From positions 14,876-78,875 of the IMG/VR virus record IMGVR_UViG_3300046454_000825: a DNA stretch of 64,000 nt; one strand, written 5' to 3'. Origin of the DNA: a virus. Both the position numbers and the translations under genes were made by a program. Of this stretch, positions 41,334 to 51,955 are shown piece after piece (position 1 is the stretch's first letter; each line of letters opens with the position of its first letter). Below the pieces are notes generated by a model that saw only the letters and a program-made list of their open reading frames with translations, was not told where the DNA came from and did no database searches.

Positions 41334-41720
41334 AAGCGTAGATTCGGAAACAAACACTTGCGAGCTCCGACTTTGTAACATATTCGCACAATGGTGGACG
41401 CCTACAGCCGGCATCGTCCCTGACGAACTGATGTTAGACCCCCCGGGTTTCCAGCGCCCATATATGCACGCCCAAACGGACCCCATCGCACCCACACGCT
41501 CGCTACATCTCGAAAAATAAATGCAGTGCTGTAAATTTCCCCAATCATCTAGAAATTTCTCAACCCTCCCAGATACCCAGCGACCCCCCAGATTCCGGCC
41601 CCTCCTCCTACCCAGCCGCCGTTCAAGGCCGCTGGACCCCCGCCAGACCCCCCGAGAGACAAGGCACGAGGACGAGGCCGAGAGCGAGGTGATGCGCGCC
41701 GCCGGCGAGTGCGCGCCACG

Positions 41721-41734
41721 GTTTCACGTGGAAC
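41721..41734. promoter_or_regulatory. parS: parS-like centromere site
   Basis: GTTTCACGTGGAAC; its reverse complement GTTCCACGTGAAAC matches the 14-bp core of TGTTNCACGTGAAACA; intergenic. Confidence 0.6.
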
Positions 41735-41748
41735 GGTATAGTCACATC

Positions 41749-41976
41749 ATGCCCTCCCCCCTCGGCGATCACCTCAACGGCTACGACATCGAGTGGGACC
41801 CGCCCCGGTTCACCCCGGCGAAAGACGGCCGGACCCTCCTGGTGAAGTGTGCTTCGGACGGGGCAGTGCGCGCCGGCGCTCACATCGGTAACGATGGGCA
41901 CATCTCGCACGTCGCGGTCGAGCCCTCCCCGTTCGGGGTCGAGGCGATGAAGATCCTCGCCATCCTGCTGCCGTAA
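41749..41976 (+). CDS. leaderless hypothetical protein
   Basis: TATAGT(41737)-N6-ATG. Confidence 0.55.
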   Translation: MPSPLGDHLNGYDIEWDPPRFTPAKDGRTLLVKCASDGAVRAGAHIGNDGHISHVAVEPSPFGVEAMKILAILLP

Positions 41977-42038
41977 ATGCTGCAACCTCCGGGGAAATAA
42001 ACGTTCCCCCCTCCAGGTTCGGATGGTAGGGTGCGGCC

Positions 42039-44547
42039 ATGAAGATCGAGATACTGGTGACGGAGAGCGACGGGTGGATCAGGGCCACCGTCGAAAGTGA
42101 CGGGACCGTGCTCGGCGAGAGCTCCTGTCCCGTGGTCGACGGCGCAGCCTTCGACTTCCGCGCCGGTGTGGTCCGGGACGCCATCGAGCAGGCGTTCCGG
42201 CCGGGGATCTGATGGAGGCCCAGCTCGCAGCGATCGAGAAGTTCTGCCGCGAGAATGAAGGCAGCTTCGCCCTCGGCGTCAGCCAGAAGGGCGGCTGGTC
42301 GGCGATGCTCAACTTCGGCCGCGAGGCCCCCGACTCCCCGATGGCCGGCGGCTCGGCGATCGGCGGCGGCGGTCCGGAGTCCACGGCTGCAGAAGCGATC
42401 ACGGATGTCGTCGAAGAACTACATCTCGACTGCTGATGGCTACCTTCGAGGTCACCGCCCGCCCGATCTTCGACAACGACGACGGCGGTCTGACGGCCCG
42501 GCAGGGTCCGGTTTGTGCCCACACGAAGGGCGATCGCCTGGCCGAAGTGATGCAGGTGGCCGGGGTCAAAATCGAGGAATGGGTGGAGGCGAGCCCCGAT
42601 GACGCCGAGCTCGACCCGATCGCCTTCGACGTGCGGGTGGTGGTCAACTGATGGGCTGGCTGTTCTGGCTCGGGATCATGCTGGTCCTCCTCCTGGGCGT
42701 TGCGGAACTGGCGGCGCAGTGAGGTTCAAGCGCATCCCGAGGATGGATCTGCTCCATGTCGCGGGCTGGAATGGCTTCTGGCTTGACTTCGGCGCGCCGC
42801 CGTTCACCGCGAGGACGTTCCCGTCATGATCTGCGCGGCCTGCGAACTCGGGATGCACGACCGCTGTGCGGCCCAGTACCCGCCGCCGCCGGGCATGGTC
42901 AACAAGGCCAATTGCGACTGCGACGGGAAGTGCAAGGAGCGCCTGCAGGCCAAATATGCGGGGGAGGAGAAATGATCGACGAGACCTTGACCTGTCCCAT
43001 CCACGGCGACGTGGAGGGCCTTTCCCTCAGCGAGGGGCCGCTGTCGGAGACCCACCCCTGGGCTCTCGTCTGCGAGAACTGCCACCCCCACGCGGATGTC
43101 ATCGTCGGCTGGGAACTCGACGGCCACGGCGTCGCCCGCGACTGGGAGACCTTCGGGGAGGCCCTGCTGTGAGGTTCCGCGCCACTTCCTACTCGATGGG
43201 CACGGTCGTCGAGCAGACGACATTTGAGGCCCCGACCTACTCCGCCGCGCGCCGGCACCCCGCGGTTATCGCGCTCCCCGCCGCCGGCAGCAGCGACCGG
43301 GGTAAGGTCAAGGTCATCGGGATCAAGCCGCTGCGATGAGCCTCCGCGAGAAAGCCGAAGCCGAAGTGGAGGCCGACGAGATGCGCGCCCGGGAACAGGG
43401 CGACGCCGAAGCTGACCGCGCCTACCGCCGGCAGATCGAGGAAGCCAAGGCCGCGGCCGAGTGGCTCTCTCGCTGGTCGTCGATGTCGGTCAACCCCGAG
43501 ACGATCAAGAACGCCGACGGTTACTTCCCCGGCACCCACGCCTACAAAACGTGGAAGGTGACACTCGACCAGTTCGAGCTGGTGATCAAACAGGAAAAGC
43601 GGCACCGCAGCATCGAGGAAGAGCACGCCCCGAAATGGGACTTCGAGCTCTACCAGCGCCTGGTCAGCGGTGAGACCCGACGGGTCGACCGCCCCGCGGA
43701 TCTGCTTGCGCCTGAACGGGCCGTGGCATGAAAGCCTATGTCGTCACCGAGCACTGGAAGATCGACACAGAGATCCTCGTCTACGCTGAGACCGGCGCGG
43801 AAGCCAGGGAGCAGGTTAAAACCGGTGAGAAAATCGGTGAGTATCCGGAAGTTACCAGTACCAGTCGTGGCAAGCGCGCCCCGGAGTACGATGAAATGTC
43901 TACCCCCCCTGGTAAGTAACCCACATGGAGATCGCCGATAATTTGAAGATCAAAGGCTACTGCCCCATGGGGTGTGGTGAAACACTCTTCGTCGGCGAGG
44001 GCGGTCTCATTACCTGCTCGCTGGTCGGTTGCCCGGTTCCAGACGCAGTCTCGACCATCCTCGAAGACAACGAGACCGATCACATCGCCCGCTTTGACGA
44101 GGAAGGATTCCGGCTACAACACCCCCTGCGCGAGCGCCTAGACGGCAAGCTCTTCGGTTGCACTTTCCATTTGCGACTCGCCGACGAGCCGGAGATGCCA
44201 GTTCAGGAGCCCGGTCTCTATCGGGTGGTGATCGAGGATGACCTTCTCTACTGCACGAAGCTATGAGTCTCGACCCCCGCATATCCGAAGACGCGCCCGA
44301 GCCCGGCGATCGCCTCGGCGGCATCGCTAACCGAGTCGGCGAGGCCTTCGACGCAGACCCGGAGAAGAACGAGGGCGACCGCCTGATCGTGTTGATAGCA
44401 CCGCCGGTGAAGGGTGAACGCGGCATGATCTACTGTCACGATTACGAGGACGAGGAGACCATGCTGGACGATCTGACGATCTACTGCAAGGCACTCTTCG
44501 AGGCGCACGGTAAGAAGCTGGCGGTCCTCCCGGTAGGTGAGGGATGA
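42039..44547 (+). CDS. array of small coupled hypothetical genes (e.g. 42039-42212, 42212-42436, 42436-42651, 42651-42722, 43336-43731, 43728-43919, 43925-44266, 44263-44547)
   Basis: Leaderless TAGGGT-N6-ATG at 42039; stop/start overlaps; high GC3. Confidence 0.6.
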
Positions 44548-45089
44548 AGGCGATCACCCTTACCCAGCCGTGGGCGACGCTGGTGGCGATCGGCGCGAAG
44601 CACTTCGAGACCCGTTCCTGGCGCACCAACCACACCGGGCTTCTCGCGATCCACGCTGGCAAAGGTATCCCGGCCGAGCTTGGCGGCGAGCCCGGCTTCC
44701 GCCGGATCTGTGCGGAACAACCCTTCTTCGCAGCTCTGAGTGCGGCTGGTTACACCAGCCCCGCTTCTCTGCCCCGTGGCGAGGTGGTCGCACTCAGTAA
44801 CCTGCGAGGCTGCTACACCACCAACATGTATCAGCCCGATGACGGAGAAGTAATCAGAGGCTGGGACGACGAGTACAAGAAGTGGAAGATCGAGCCCGCA
44901 TTACATGAGCGCGCCTTCGGCGACTACAGTCCAGATCGCTACGCCTGGGGGCTGGATGAGGTCATCAACCTCGCCGCCGGCTCCGCGGACAGATATCCCT
45001 GTCGTGGGTGGCAGCAGGTTTGGAACCTCCCCGACGAGATCGCCGAGCCGCTGGAGCAGCGTCTCTCAATGGCGCACATGCTGCTATGA
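44544..45089 (+). CDS. ASCH domain protein
   Basis: KAITLTQPWATLVAIGAKHFETRSW...LAIHAG; PCRGWQQVW. Confidence 0.85.
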   Translation: MKAITLTQPWATLVAIGAKHFETRSWRTNHTGLLAIHAGKGIPAELGGEPGFRRICAEQPFFAALSAAGYTSPASLPRGEVVALSNLRGCYTTNMYQPDDGEVIRGWDDEYKKWKIEPALHERAFGDYSPDRYAWGLDEVINLAAGSADRYPCRGWQQVWNLPDEIAEPLEQRLSMAHMLL

Positions 45090-45354
45090 GCGCCGAGCGC
45101 ACCTTCATCGTCGGCGTGCCCAAACTCGAACTGGTAGAGGAGATCGAGGCACCCACGGCCGGCGACGCAGTTCACCGTCTGCTCGACAGCACGAGCGGTG
45201 TCTTCGAGGAGAAGACTGATTCGGTCCCCTTCGGCGAAATCTTCGGTGAGATGGCACCATCGACGATCGCCTGGGTGATCGACACCAAGGACGATTCGGT
45301 GACACGGTTCAAGTTGGTACTGGGCTGGGATAAAACCACCGAGTCGATCAACTG

Positions 45355-45662
45355 ATGGGCGCGGCCGTCTTCTTGCTCTGGGCCTGCCTGTTCCTACTGT
45401 TCATTCTTCTTAGCGGTCCGCTGAGCTGGGTCTTCTTCGGACTGATGCTTTGCGTAGCTGGCTGGGGTGGTGCACTCTTTCGCGATTGGATCGACGGTCA
45501 ATGAAAGCCCCCGTGATCGCGGTCCTCTGGCTGGTGTTAATCGCCGCATATCTTGAAACATCCGGTGAGGGACGCTGGGCGCTTCTTGTGGCGGCATGGA
45601 TCGTCGCCCTCTGGGGAGGCCTTGAGTTCGGCATCTGGCTGCGTCGGCGGGAGGGCCGATGA
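45355..45662 (+). CDS. two small two-helix membrane proteins (45355-45504, 45501-45662)
   Basis: Almost entirely hydrophobic; coupled overlaps. Confidence 0.55.
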
Positions 45663-45844
45663 AGGCTTACATCGTCACCCAACACTGGCGCATCGACAGT
45701 GAGATCTTGGTCTACGCTGAGACAGGTGCCCTTGCAGTGGAGGATGTCGAGACGGGTGAGAAAATCGCAGACTATCCTGAACTGCGAAGTCTCAGTCGAG
45801 CTAAGCGCGCTCCTGAGTACGATGAAGACGAGGGTTCGAAGTGA
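45659..45844 (+). CDS. hypothetical protein, paralogue of 43728-43919
   Basis: MKAY.VT.HW.ID.EILVYAETGA...KRAPEYDE shared. Confidence 0.7.
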   Translation: MKAYIVTQHWRIDSEILVYAETGALAVEDVETGEKIADYPELRSLSRAKRAPEYDEDEGSK

Positions 45845-46338
45845 GGTGGCTACGCCGCCGGCGGGCGCGGGCATCTATCGTGCGCTGCGAAGCGATCGAG
45901 GTAAAGCTCACTCTGGTTCACTTGCGGACTCTGATCAAGCTGGAGCGCAAGGAGCGACGTTACGAGGCGGTATCGTGAAGATCGAACTCACCAAGGACGA
46001 CGACGCAGTGTTCGGTCAGCGTCCGAGAGGCGAGTCCATTGTCATTAACGTACCCGACGACCTCGGCGTGCAAGATGGGCGAATCCGCGCCTTCGAGATG
46101 CTGCAGCGCGACAATATCACCGAGAACCGGATGGAGTGGACGGCGGAGGTGGTGGAGTGATCGACCGCTGGGAAACACTGCGCGGGGCCAGCATGACGAA
46201 GGAAGACGAAGGGGCATTCTTCACGGTGGCCGACGTGAAGATGGCGCTGGCCGAGCACGCGAAGACGAATGTCGCCCCGCGCAAACGCGATCGTGACCTG
46301 TACAGGGCTCTCGGTTTCACTAAGAGGCAGCCTTCCTA

Positions 46339-46830
46339 ATGGGTATCGTTGCCGGCCGTCATACCCTGGTTCCCGAGGACGTCGAGTGCTTCGTACAACT
46401 GAGATTCGGCGCGTTCTGTTCGATCGCGTCGGGACTCAAGATCATCTCGGGTCAGCACCCGGGTGTAGGCGCACCAAACGCGATCTCTGACTTCCCCTTC
46501 TCAGAGCATGGCTTCGGCAAATACCCCGCCTCCGAGCATGACGGCAAGGTGGTCGTAGGTAGCGACGTCTGGATCGGCCAGGACGTGAGTATCATGGCTG
46601 GCGTCGTTGTCGGGCACGGTGCGCGGATCGGCGCGGGCGCGATGGTGGTGAAGGACGTTCCTCACTATGCAGTCGTCGTCGGCAACCCCGGTGAGATCAA
46701 ACGCTTCCGCTTCGATGCCTGGCAGATCGACAAGCTGGTGGAGATCGCCTGGTGGCGCTGGTCAGATCGAGAGATCAAGGATCAGCTCTTTGAATTCGCA
46801 AACGTCGACACGTTCCTGCACGGCAAGTGA
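46339..46830 (+). CDS. hexapeptide-repeat (CatB/Vat-like) O-acetyltransferase
   Basis: GAFCSIA; GSDVWIG; GHGARIGAGAMVVKDVPHYAVVVGNP; RF...IAWWRW. Confidence 0.85.
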   Translation: MGIVAGRHTLVPEDVECFVQLRFGAFCSIASGLKIISGQHPGVGAPNAISDFPFSEHGFGKYPASEHDGKVVVGSDVWIGQDVSIMAGVVVGHGARIGAGAMVVKDVPHYAVVVGNPGEIKRFRFDAWQIDKLVEIAWWRWSDREIKDQLFEFANVDTFLHGK

Positions 46831-46858
46831 AGTTCCCCCCGACAGGTGAGACGGTTAA

Positions 46859-49230
46859 GTGAACCAGGAGACCCAAGCCGACCTGATCGCTCGCTTCCGC
46901 GGCACTACCATGCGCGCGACGTCGACCCAATATGAACTTCTCCGCGAGTCGATCGACACCTGCGCGATCTGCGGGTACTGGATCAACCTGGACGATCTCG
47001 ATGAGGAAGGCTCCTGCGAGGATTGCCGAGGGGAGGACTGATGGACGGTCTCAGCGTCGAAGACAAGGTGGCACTCCGTCAGTTCAATGATCGCTTCGAT
47101 GCGGCCCTTGATCGGCTAGAGGAGATCACCACTAACTTCGGATACGCCGTTGAGGCTATGGGCGTGGCAGCCGATCGGCTTGAAGAGGCCGCACGGCCGA
47201 TGAACGATGCCGCGGACAAGATGCTGCGTGCGGGGAAGATGGGATGATCCTCCTACTTCTCTGGCTTCTGCTGATTACCCTTGCCGCCGGCGCTGCGACA
47301 GGCTCCTACCTGTTGTTCTCGATCATGGTGCTGATCGCGGCTTGTGCCCTCGCGAGCTGGGCCTGCTCTTCGATGGGGAGTAGACAATGACGCTCTGGGA
47401 CGGGGTAGATGATCATGACCGTCGGCTCGGCGAGGCGATGGAGGAGGCTGGCTTCCCAGAGGAGATCGTGAACAAGGCCCGGCAGGGTCGGTGGTCCGAC
47501 TTCAAAAGCCCACTCGACGCGCCGAAGCTCTCGCTGGTAGAGCTCATTCGTTCTGGCCGTTTTGGAGATCAAGAGCCGCTGGCGCAGCGGGTAATGGAAG
47601 GTGAGTTCGATGGATAGGTGTCTGGTCTGCGGCAATCCCAAGAGCGTCGAACACACACGCGCTGTGCATGAAGTCATCGGCAGTGATAAAGGGACTCATA
47701 TGTCGATTCGCATCGAGTACTGTGCTGATCGTGCGGAGTGTGGCGAGGCGCGGGCGATGGAGTTGATGGACCTCTTCAGCGGGTCATTTGTCGCTGCTAT
47801 GCACGCCAAAGGAGCAGACGTTGACCGTTGAGAACCGATTCTCTCCCCTTACGGCGCGAGAGGCGTTGCTCGCGATCAATGTCGAGCTCGCCGAGTTCCA
47901 GGATGCAAGCCGATGGGCGCGACTGGAGCGGATCGAGACGATCGCCAAGGCTGGCCTGGACCGTACCAGCCCACCGAACTTCGAGCTGACCGACCAGTTG
48001 GCAGATCGTCTCGCGGAGGCTCACGAGGTACTGCGCAAGCTGGTCGACATGGCACCCGAAGGTCCCGAGGAGCGTGACTTGGTCGATAGCGCCGCGGAGG
48101 CTCTCGCGTTGCCCCCGGATCTCGAAGCTATGGTCGAGAGGCGCATCGGTCACTGATGACCAGCCGGCATAAGCGAGACATGGAGGACGACGTCATTCAC
48201 CAGATGCTCCTACGCTGGGGCGGCGGTTGGACGATCACGGAGATGGTGGCTGGTCTCAGGGAGTCGGAGGCGATGGACATCTTCGTGCACTTTGCACGTC
48301 CGCTATTTCCGTCATTTACGCTTCGTCGGAGGCTCAAGCGCCTGCAGCGGCGAGGTAAGGTCACTAGCACTCGTCTCGCGGTCGGACTCTTCGAATGGAG
48401 AGCCATTCCAGAGGAACACCCAGTTGCTGATTCAACCCTGATCGCCAAACAGATCCCAAAGGAGCCCCAGTGAGCACACGCACCGAGTACGTTCCCGGAA
48501 AGCCTTCCTCTTCCCAGGCGCATCTCCTGGCTGAAGCGGTGTTGATCGCCTACAAGGCCGGGTGGAAGGGTTCGATGCGCGAAAACGCGCGGCCGTCGCT
48601 TCCGGGATGGGCGACCTTGCCGACCATCAGCTCTCTCCGCTCCAAAGGACTCGTCGAGCCCGCTGAGGATGGCAAGAGGCGTGGCGGCTACAAGAAGCTA
48701 ACCATCCACGGTGTTGCCGCCGGCGAGGCAACCTACAAAGCGACCTATGGCATCTCTGCCGAGGACCAGGCGGAAAAGAACGCGAAGGAAAGACAGAAAG
48801 TCGAGCAGGATGCGCAGGATCGGAAAGACAGGGTCAAGCACCTCTTCCGCGGGTTGCATGTCGACAGGCAGGCGAGCTACTCCGCCAAGGGCAAGAAAGG
48901 CCGCTCGATCGCTGCACACATCGACCGCAGCTCGTCGATCCAGATGAACATCGACGACCTGCTCGTGCTCGGCGAGGAGATCGAGAAGCTCCGGTGACCG
49001 ACGAGCCCAACGAATGCCCGGTCGACGGCTGCGACAACGGCCGTCAGACCAATCAGCTCATGTGCAAGAAGCACTGGTACATGGTGCCGCGCGAGCTGCG
49101 CAACGAGGTCTGGGCCGCGGCCAAGAAGATGTGGCGAGACCTTGAGGACGAGGACGCCTACCAGGGCTGGAGAGAGGCCGCTGACACTGCGATCGGCGAG
49201 GTCGAACTGAAGGAGAAGGAAGCCGCCTGA
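46859..49230 (+). CDS. array of small hypothetical genes incl. membrane protein 47244-47390, wHTH-like 48156-48473 and 48470-48997, Zn-finger 48994-49230
   Basis: Coupled ORFs; CPVDGC...MCKKHW motif in the last gene. Confidence 0.55.
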
Positions 49231-49292
49231 GGTCCCGCTCTTACCTGCCTGCTGTTGCTGTATTCGTGCCTGAAGTGACATAAATCGTCCCT

Positions 49293-49325
49293 TGACGGTG
49301 AAATGTCCCCCTCTGACGGTGAAAT
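49293..49325 (+). repeat. direct repeat TGACGGTGAAAT x2 (49293, 49314), 21-bp period
   Basis: Exact 12-mer repeat in intergenic DNA upstream of the wHTH gene. Confidence 0.8.
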
Positions 49326-49383
49326 ATGCGATGATGCAGCATCATTCCCCTACGAAGGAGAAACAAACGATGGGAGTCAAACG

Positions 49384-49716
49384 ATGAAGAGCGCCCTGGA
49401 CCAAGCTCGGGATCTGGTGCAGTCGCACCTCTCCGAGCTGGACAAGGAGCGGGGGCAGTTGCAGCGGGCTCTGGCCGAGCTCGGCGGCAGCCCTCGCACC
49501 CGCCGGCGCGCGGGACGCCCGCGGGGCACCGGCCGCAAACGTGGTGGCGGGCGCGCGGACGAGGCGGTCGCCCTGATCAAGGAGCGGCCGGAGATCACGG
49601 CTTCGGAGATCGCCAAGGCGATGAAGATCAAGCCGAACTACCTCTACAGGGTGCTGGGCACCTTGGAGAAGGAAAAGCGGGTCAAGAAAAGCGGGCGGAA
49701 ATACACCGTCAAGTGA
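49384..49716 (+). CDS. coiled-coil + basic linker + winged-helix DNA-binding (nucleoid-associated-like) protein
   Basis: LSELDKERGQLQRALAEL; RRRAGRPRG AT-hook-like; PEITASEIAKAMKIKPNYLYRVL; family recalled from Solirubrobacterales. Confidence 0.7.
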   Translation: MKSALDQARDLVQSHLSELDKERGQLQRALAELGGSPRTRRRAGRPRGTGRKRGGGRADEAVALIKERPEITASEIAKAMKIKPNYLYRVLGTLEKEKRVKKSGRKYTVK

Positions 49717-50198
49717 GCACCGAGCAGTCCAGCCCGATCTTCCCCGATGTCCAGACCGACGACACGCTTCCCCAGGATTGCGTGAAGTTGGTATCGGGGG
49801 GTCGGGCTGTGGTGTTCCAGCTCGACTTCAACGACGAGTCGGCGCAGGTTATCGCCGAATGGGAGGAGTAATGGTCAGCACTCAGACACTTGAGATGGTC
49901 GCCGAAGACCTCTACATCATGACCCCAGGGGATGGTAGAACCAAACCTAAGTGGGGTGATCAATCCGACGGCGTCAGGATGGCCTACCGAGAGTTCGCGG
50001 CCCGGGTGATCGAGACCTGTCGACTCCCAAACGAAATCGACCTTCGCAAGCGCTTGCTCAGCGACGATGCTCGTGTGGCGGCTGGGGCGGAGATCGACTT
50101 CTATTTGCCGGAGGGCTTCCTCTTCCCGCCCGAGCACTCGGAGATGGACACCGGTGATCTCTTCGTGGCAGCCTTGGTGGCGGCTCTGGCCGAGACCA

Positions 50199-50555
50199 GT
50201 GGGTGAAGTCACCCTAACGATTGAAGGCACGCCGCCGAGCTTTAATGCCGTAGGTCACACAGGCAACCGTTGGAAGTGGACAAAGGAAAAGAAGCGCTGG
50301 CAGGAATCCATTGAGCTTGCGCTGATGGTGTGGCTTCCGCGGGAGTTGTACACCTTCATTGAAGCCAGGGCGATCCTCACGTTCCCAACCAAACGCCGGC
50401 GCGACGAGGGTAACTACCGGGTGTTGTTGGAGAAGTGCCTTGGCGATGCACTGGTCAACGGTGGCTGGTTGGCCGACGACACACCCGACCAGTTCCGCTT
50501 CCACGGGGTCGAGTTCGAGCATGGCGAGGCTCGCACTCAAATCATCCTTTCCTAA
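50199..50555 (+). CDS. RusA-like Holliday junction resolvase
   Basis: PPSFN; RRRDEGN...KCLGDALVNGGWLADD. Confidence 0.75.
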   Translation: MGEVTLTIEGTPPSFNAVGHTGNRWKWTKEKKRWQESIELALMVWLPRELYTFIEARAILTFPTKRRRDEGNYRVLLEKCLGDALVNGGWLADDTPDQFRFHGVEFEHGEARTQIILS

Positions 50556-50623
50556 ACCCCCATTTTGCGGAATCCTTGACGAAGCCGTCGCGCAAAGCGT
50601 CAGAGCCGTGCTAGGTTGCTTCC

Positions 50624-51230
50624 ATGGCCGAAGACCCAGTCATCAAGCTGAAGGTGCCCGTCAAAAAGGTGAACCGGCGGCGCATCGAGGTTGCCGAGAT
50701 CGTGATCGACGAGGACAACCGGATCATCAAGCACAGGACCGGTGTCGTCGGTCGGCTGGCCCGGCCAGAGGAGCTCGAAGCGGCCACCGAGGTCTACGGG
50801 TGAGTGCCTTCTCTGAACGAGATATCGAGAAAGCCTTTGAGTGCGCCGGACGCACCTCGAATCAGGTTGAACCCATCGGGATCACTCAGGAGCGAGTGAT
50901 GGCCCATCTACTTGGGGCCTGCCATTGCAATGTCGATCGCTGCTCTTACTGTGGCGAGCGTAGACGCAACGGCAGGCCTATCCATAAACCCAACTGCAAG
51001 ATGGTGGTGAAGTGATCGTAGGAGACAAGTACAGACGCGCCCAGGACGAAGGCCTTCCCGAGGTGATTGAAATCCATAGGCCACCGTTCAAGGTATCGCG
51101 TTCCACAGTGGGGCAGCTCGGCTTCGATGTCACCCAGGTCGGCGTCCGCTTTGTCGAGGGACCTCGCGAGGGCCGCGTCGCCAACTGGTCGAAAAGCTAC
51201 GTCGAGCGGGAGTTCGTCAAAGTCGTATGA
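50624..51230 (+). CDS. three small hypothetical genes (50624-50803, 50800-51015, 51012-51230)
   Basis: Leaderless TAGGTT-N6-ATG; GTGA overlaps. Confidence 0.55.
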
Positions 51231-51955
51231 CCGAGCCGCGCAAAGCCAACTACGTTCACCAGAAGCCCGGCTACATACAGTCGAAGCAGCAGGTAGAGCG
51301 AGCGGCGGAGGCTGTGCGCGGCATCCAGGAGGTCACCGACGAGGCGTCGGCGCTGGCAGCGAGTGAGGCTCTGGTCATCGCCTCCAAGACGGTGAAGGCC
51401 GTCGGCAAGGCGCGGCTGGAGGTAAGTGCTCCCTACCGGCGATCGACAGAGACGATCAACGAAGAGTTCAAAGAGCTGGTGTCACCTCTGGAAGGCGCGG
51501 AGGCTGCGTTGAAGGCCCAGCTCATGCAGTACGAAGAGAAGGTCGACGCCGAACGTCGCAAGGTTCAGGCCGAACACGAAGAGGCGACTCGAAAAGCTGA
51601 AGAGGCTGCCCGCAAAGCCGAGGAAGATGCGCTGAAGGCAGCCGAGGAGGCCGTGGCAAAGGCTAAAGCGGCCGAAGAGGCTGGCCAGGAGCCCGAGCCG
51701 CCGGCACCTCCGCCCCCACCGCCGCCTCCACCACCCCCACCTCCGCCGCCACCTGTGCCGCCGAGGGTTCGGCATACCGGCAAGGGATCGGTGTCGGCTA
51801 GGACGGTCACAAAGCATGAAGTCTTCGACGAAGCACAATTGCCGCGCGAGTACCTGACCAAAGATCCCGGTGCGATCAAGCGCGCCATTGACGATGGGGT
51901 CGAGTCAATCCCAGGTGTGCGGATCTGGAAGGAGAAAGTGGCCCATGTCCGATGA
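51227..51955 (+). CDS. coiled-coil phage protein (Gp157/Gam-like C-terminus) with poly-Pro tract
   Basis: Long helix; 16 consecutive Pro; LPREYL..D..AIKRAI..G...IPGVRI. Confidence 0.6.
   Translation: MTEPRKANYVHQKPGYIQSKQQVERAAEAVRGIQEVTDEASALAASEALVIASKTVKAVGKARLEVSAPYRRSTETINEEFKELVSPLEGAEAALKAQLMQYEEKVDAERRKVQAEHEEATRKAEEAARKAEEDALKAAEEAVAKAKAAEEAGQEPEPPAPPPPPPPPPPPPPPPPVPPRVRHTGKGSVSARTVTKHEVFDEAQLPREYLTKDPGAIKRAIDDGVESIPGVRIWKEKVAHVR

Noticed and set aside
41418-41450. Hammerhead ribozyme (CTGACGA)
   Set aside because: No correctly placed GAAA core or closing stems
46339-46830. Calling the gene vat or catB (antibiotic resistance)
   Set aside because: Family motifs are shared with many sugar acetyltransferases; substrate cannot be inferred
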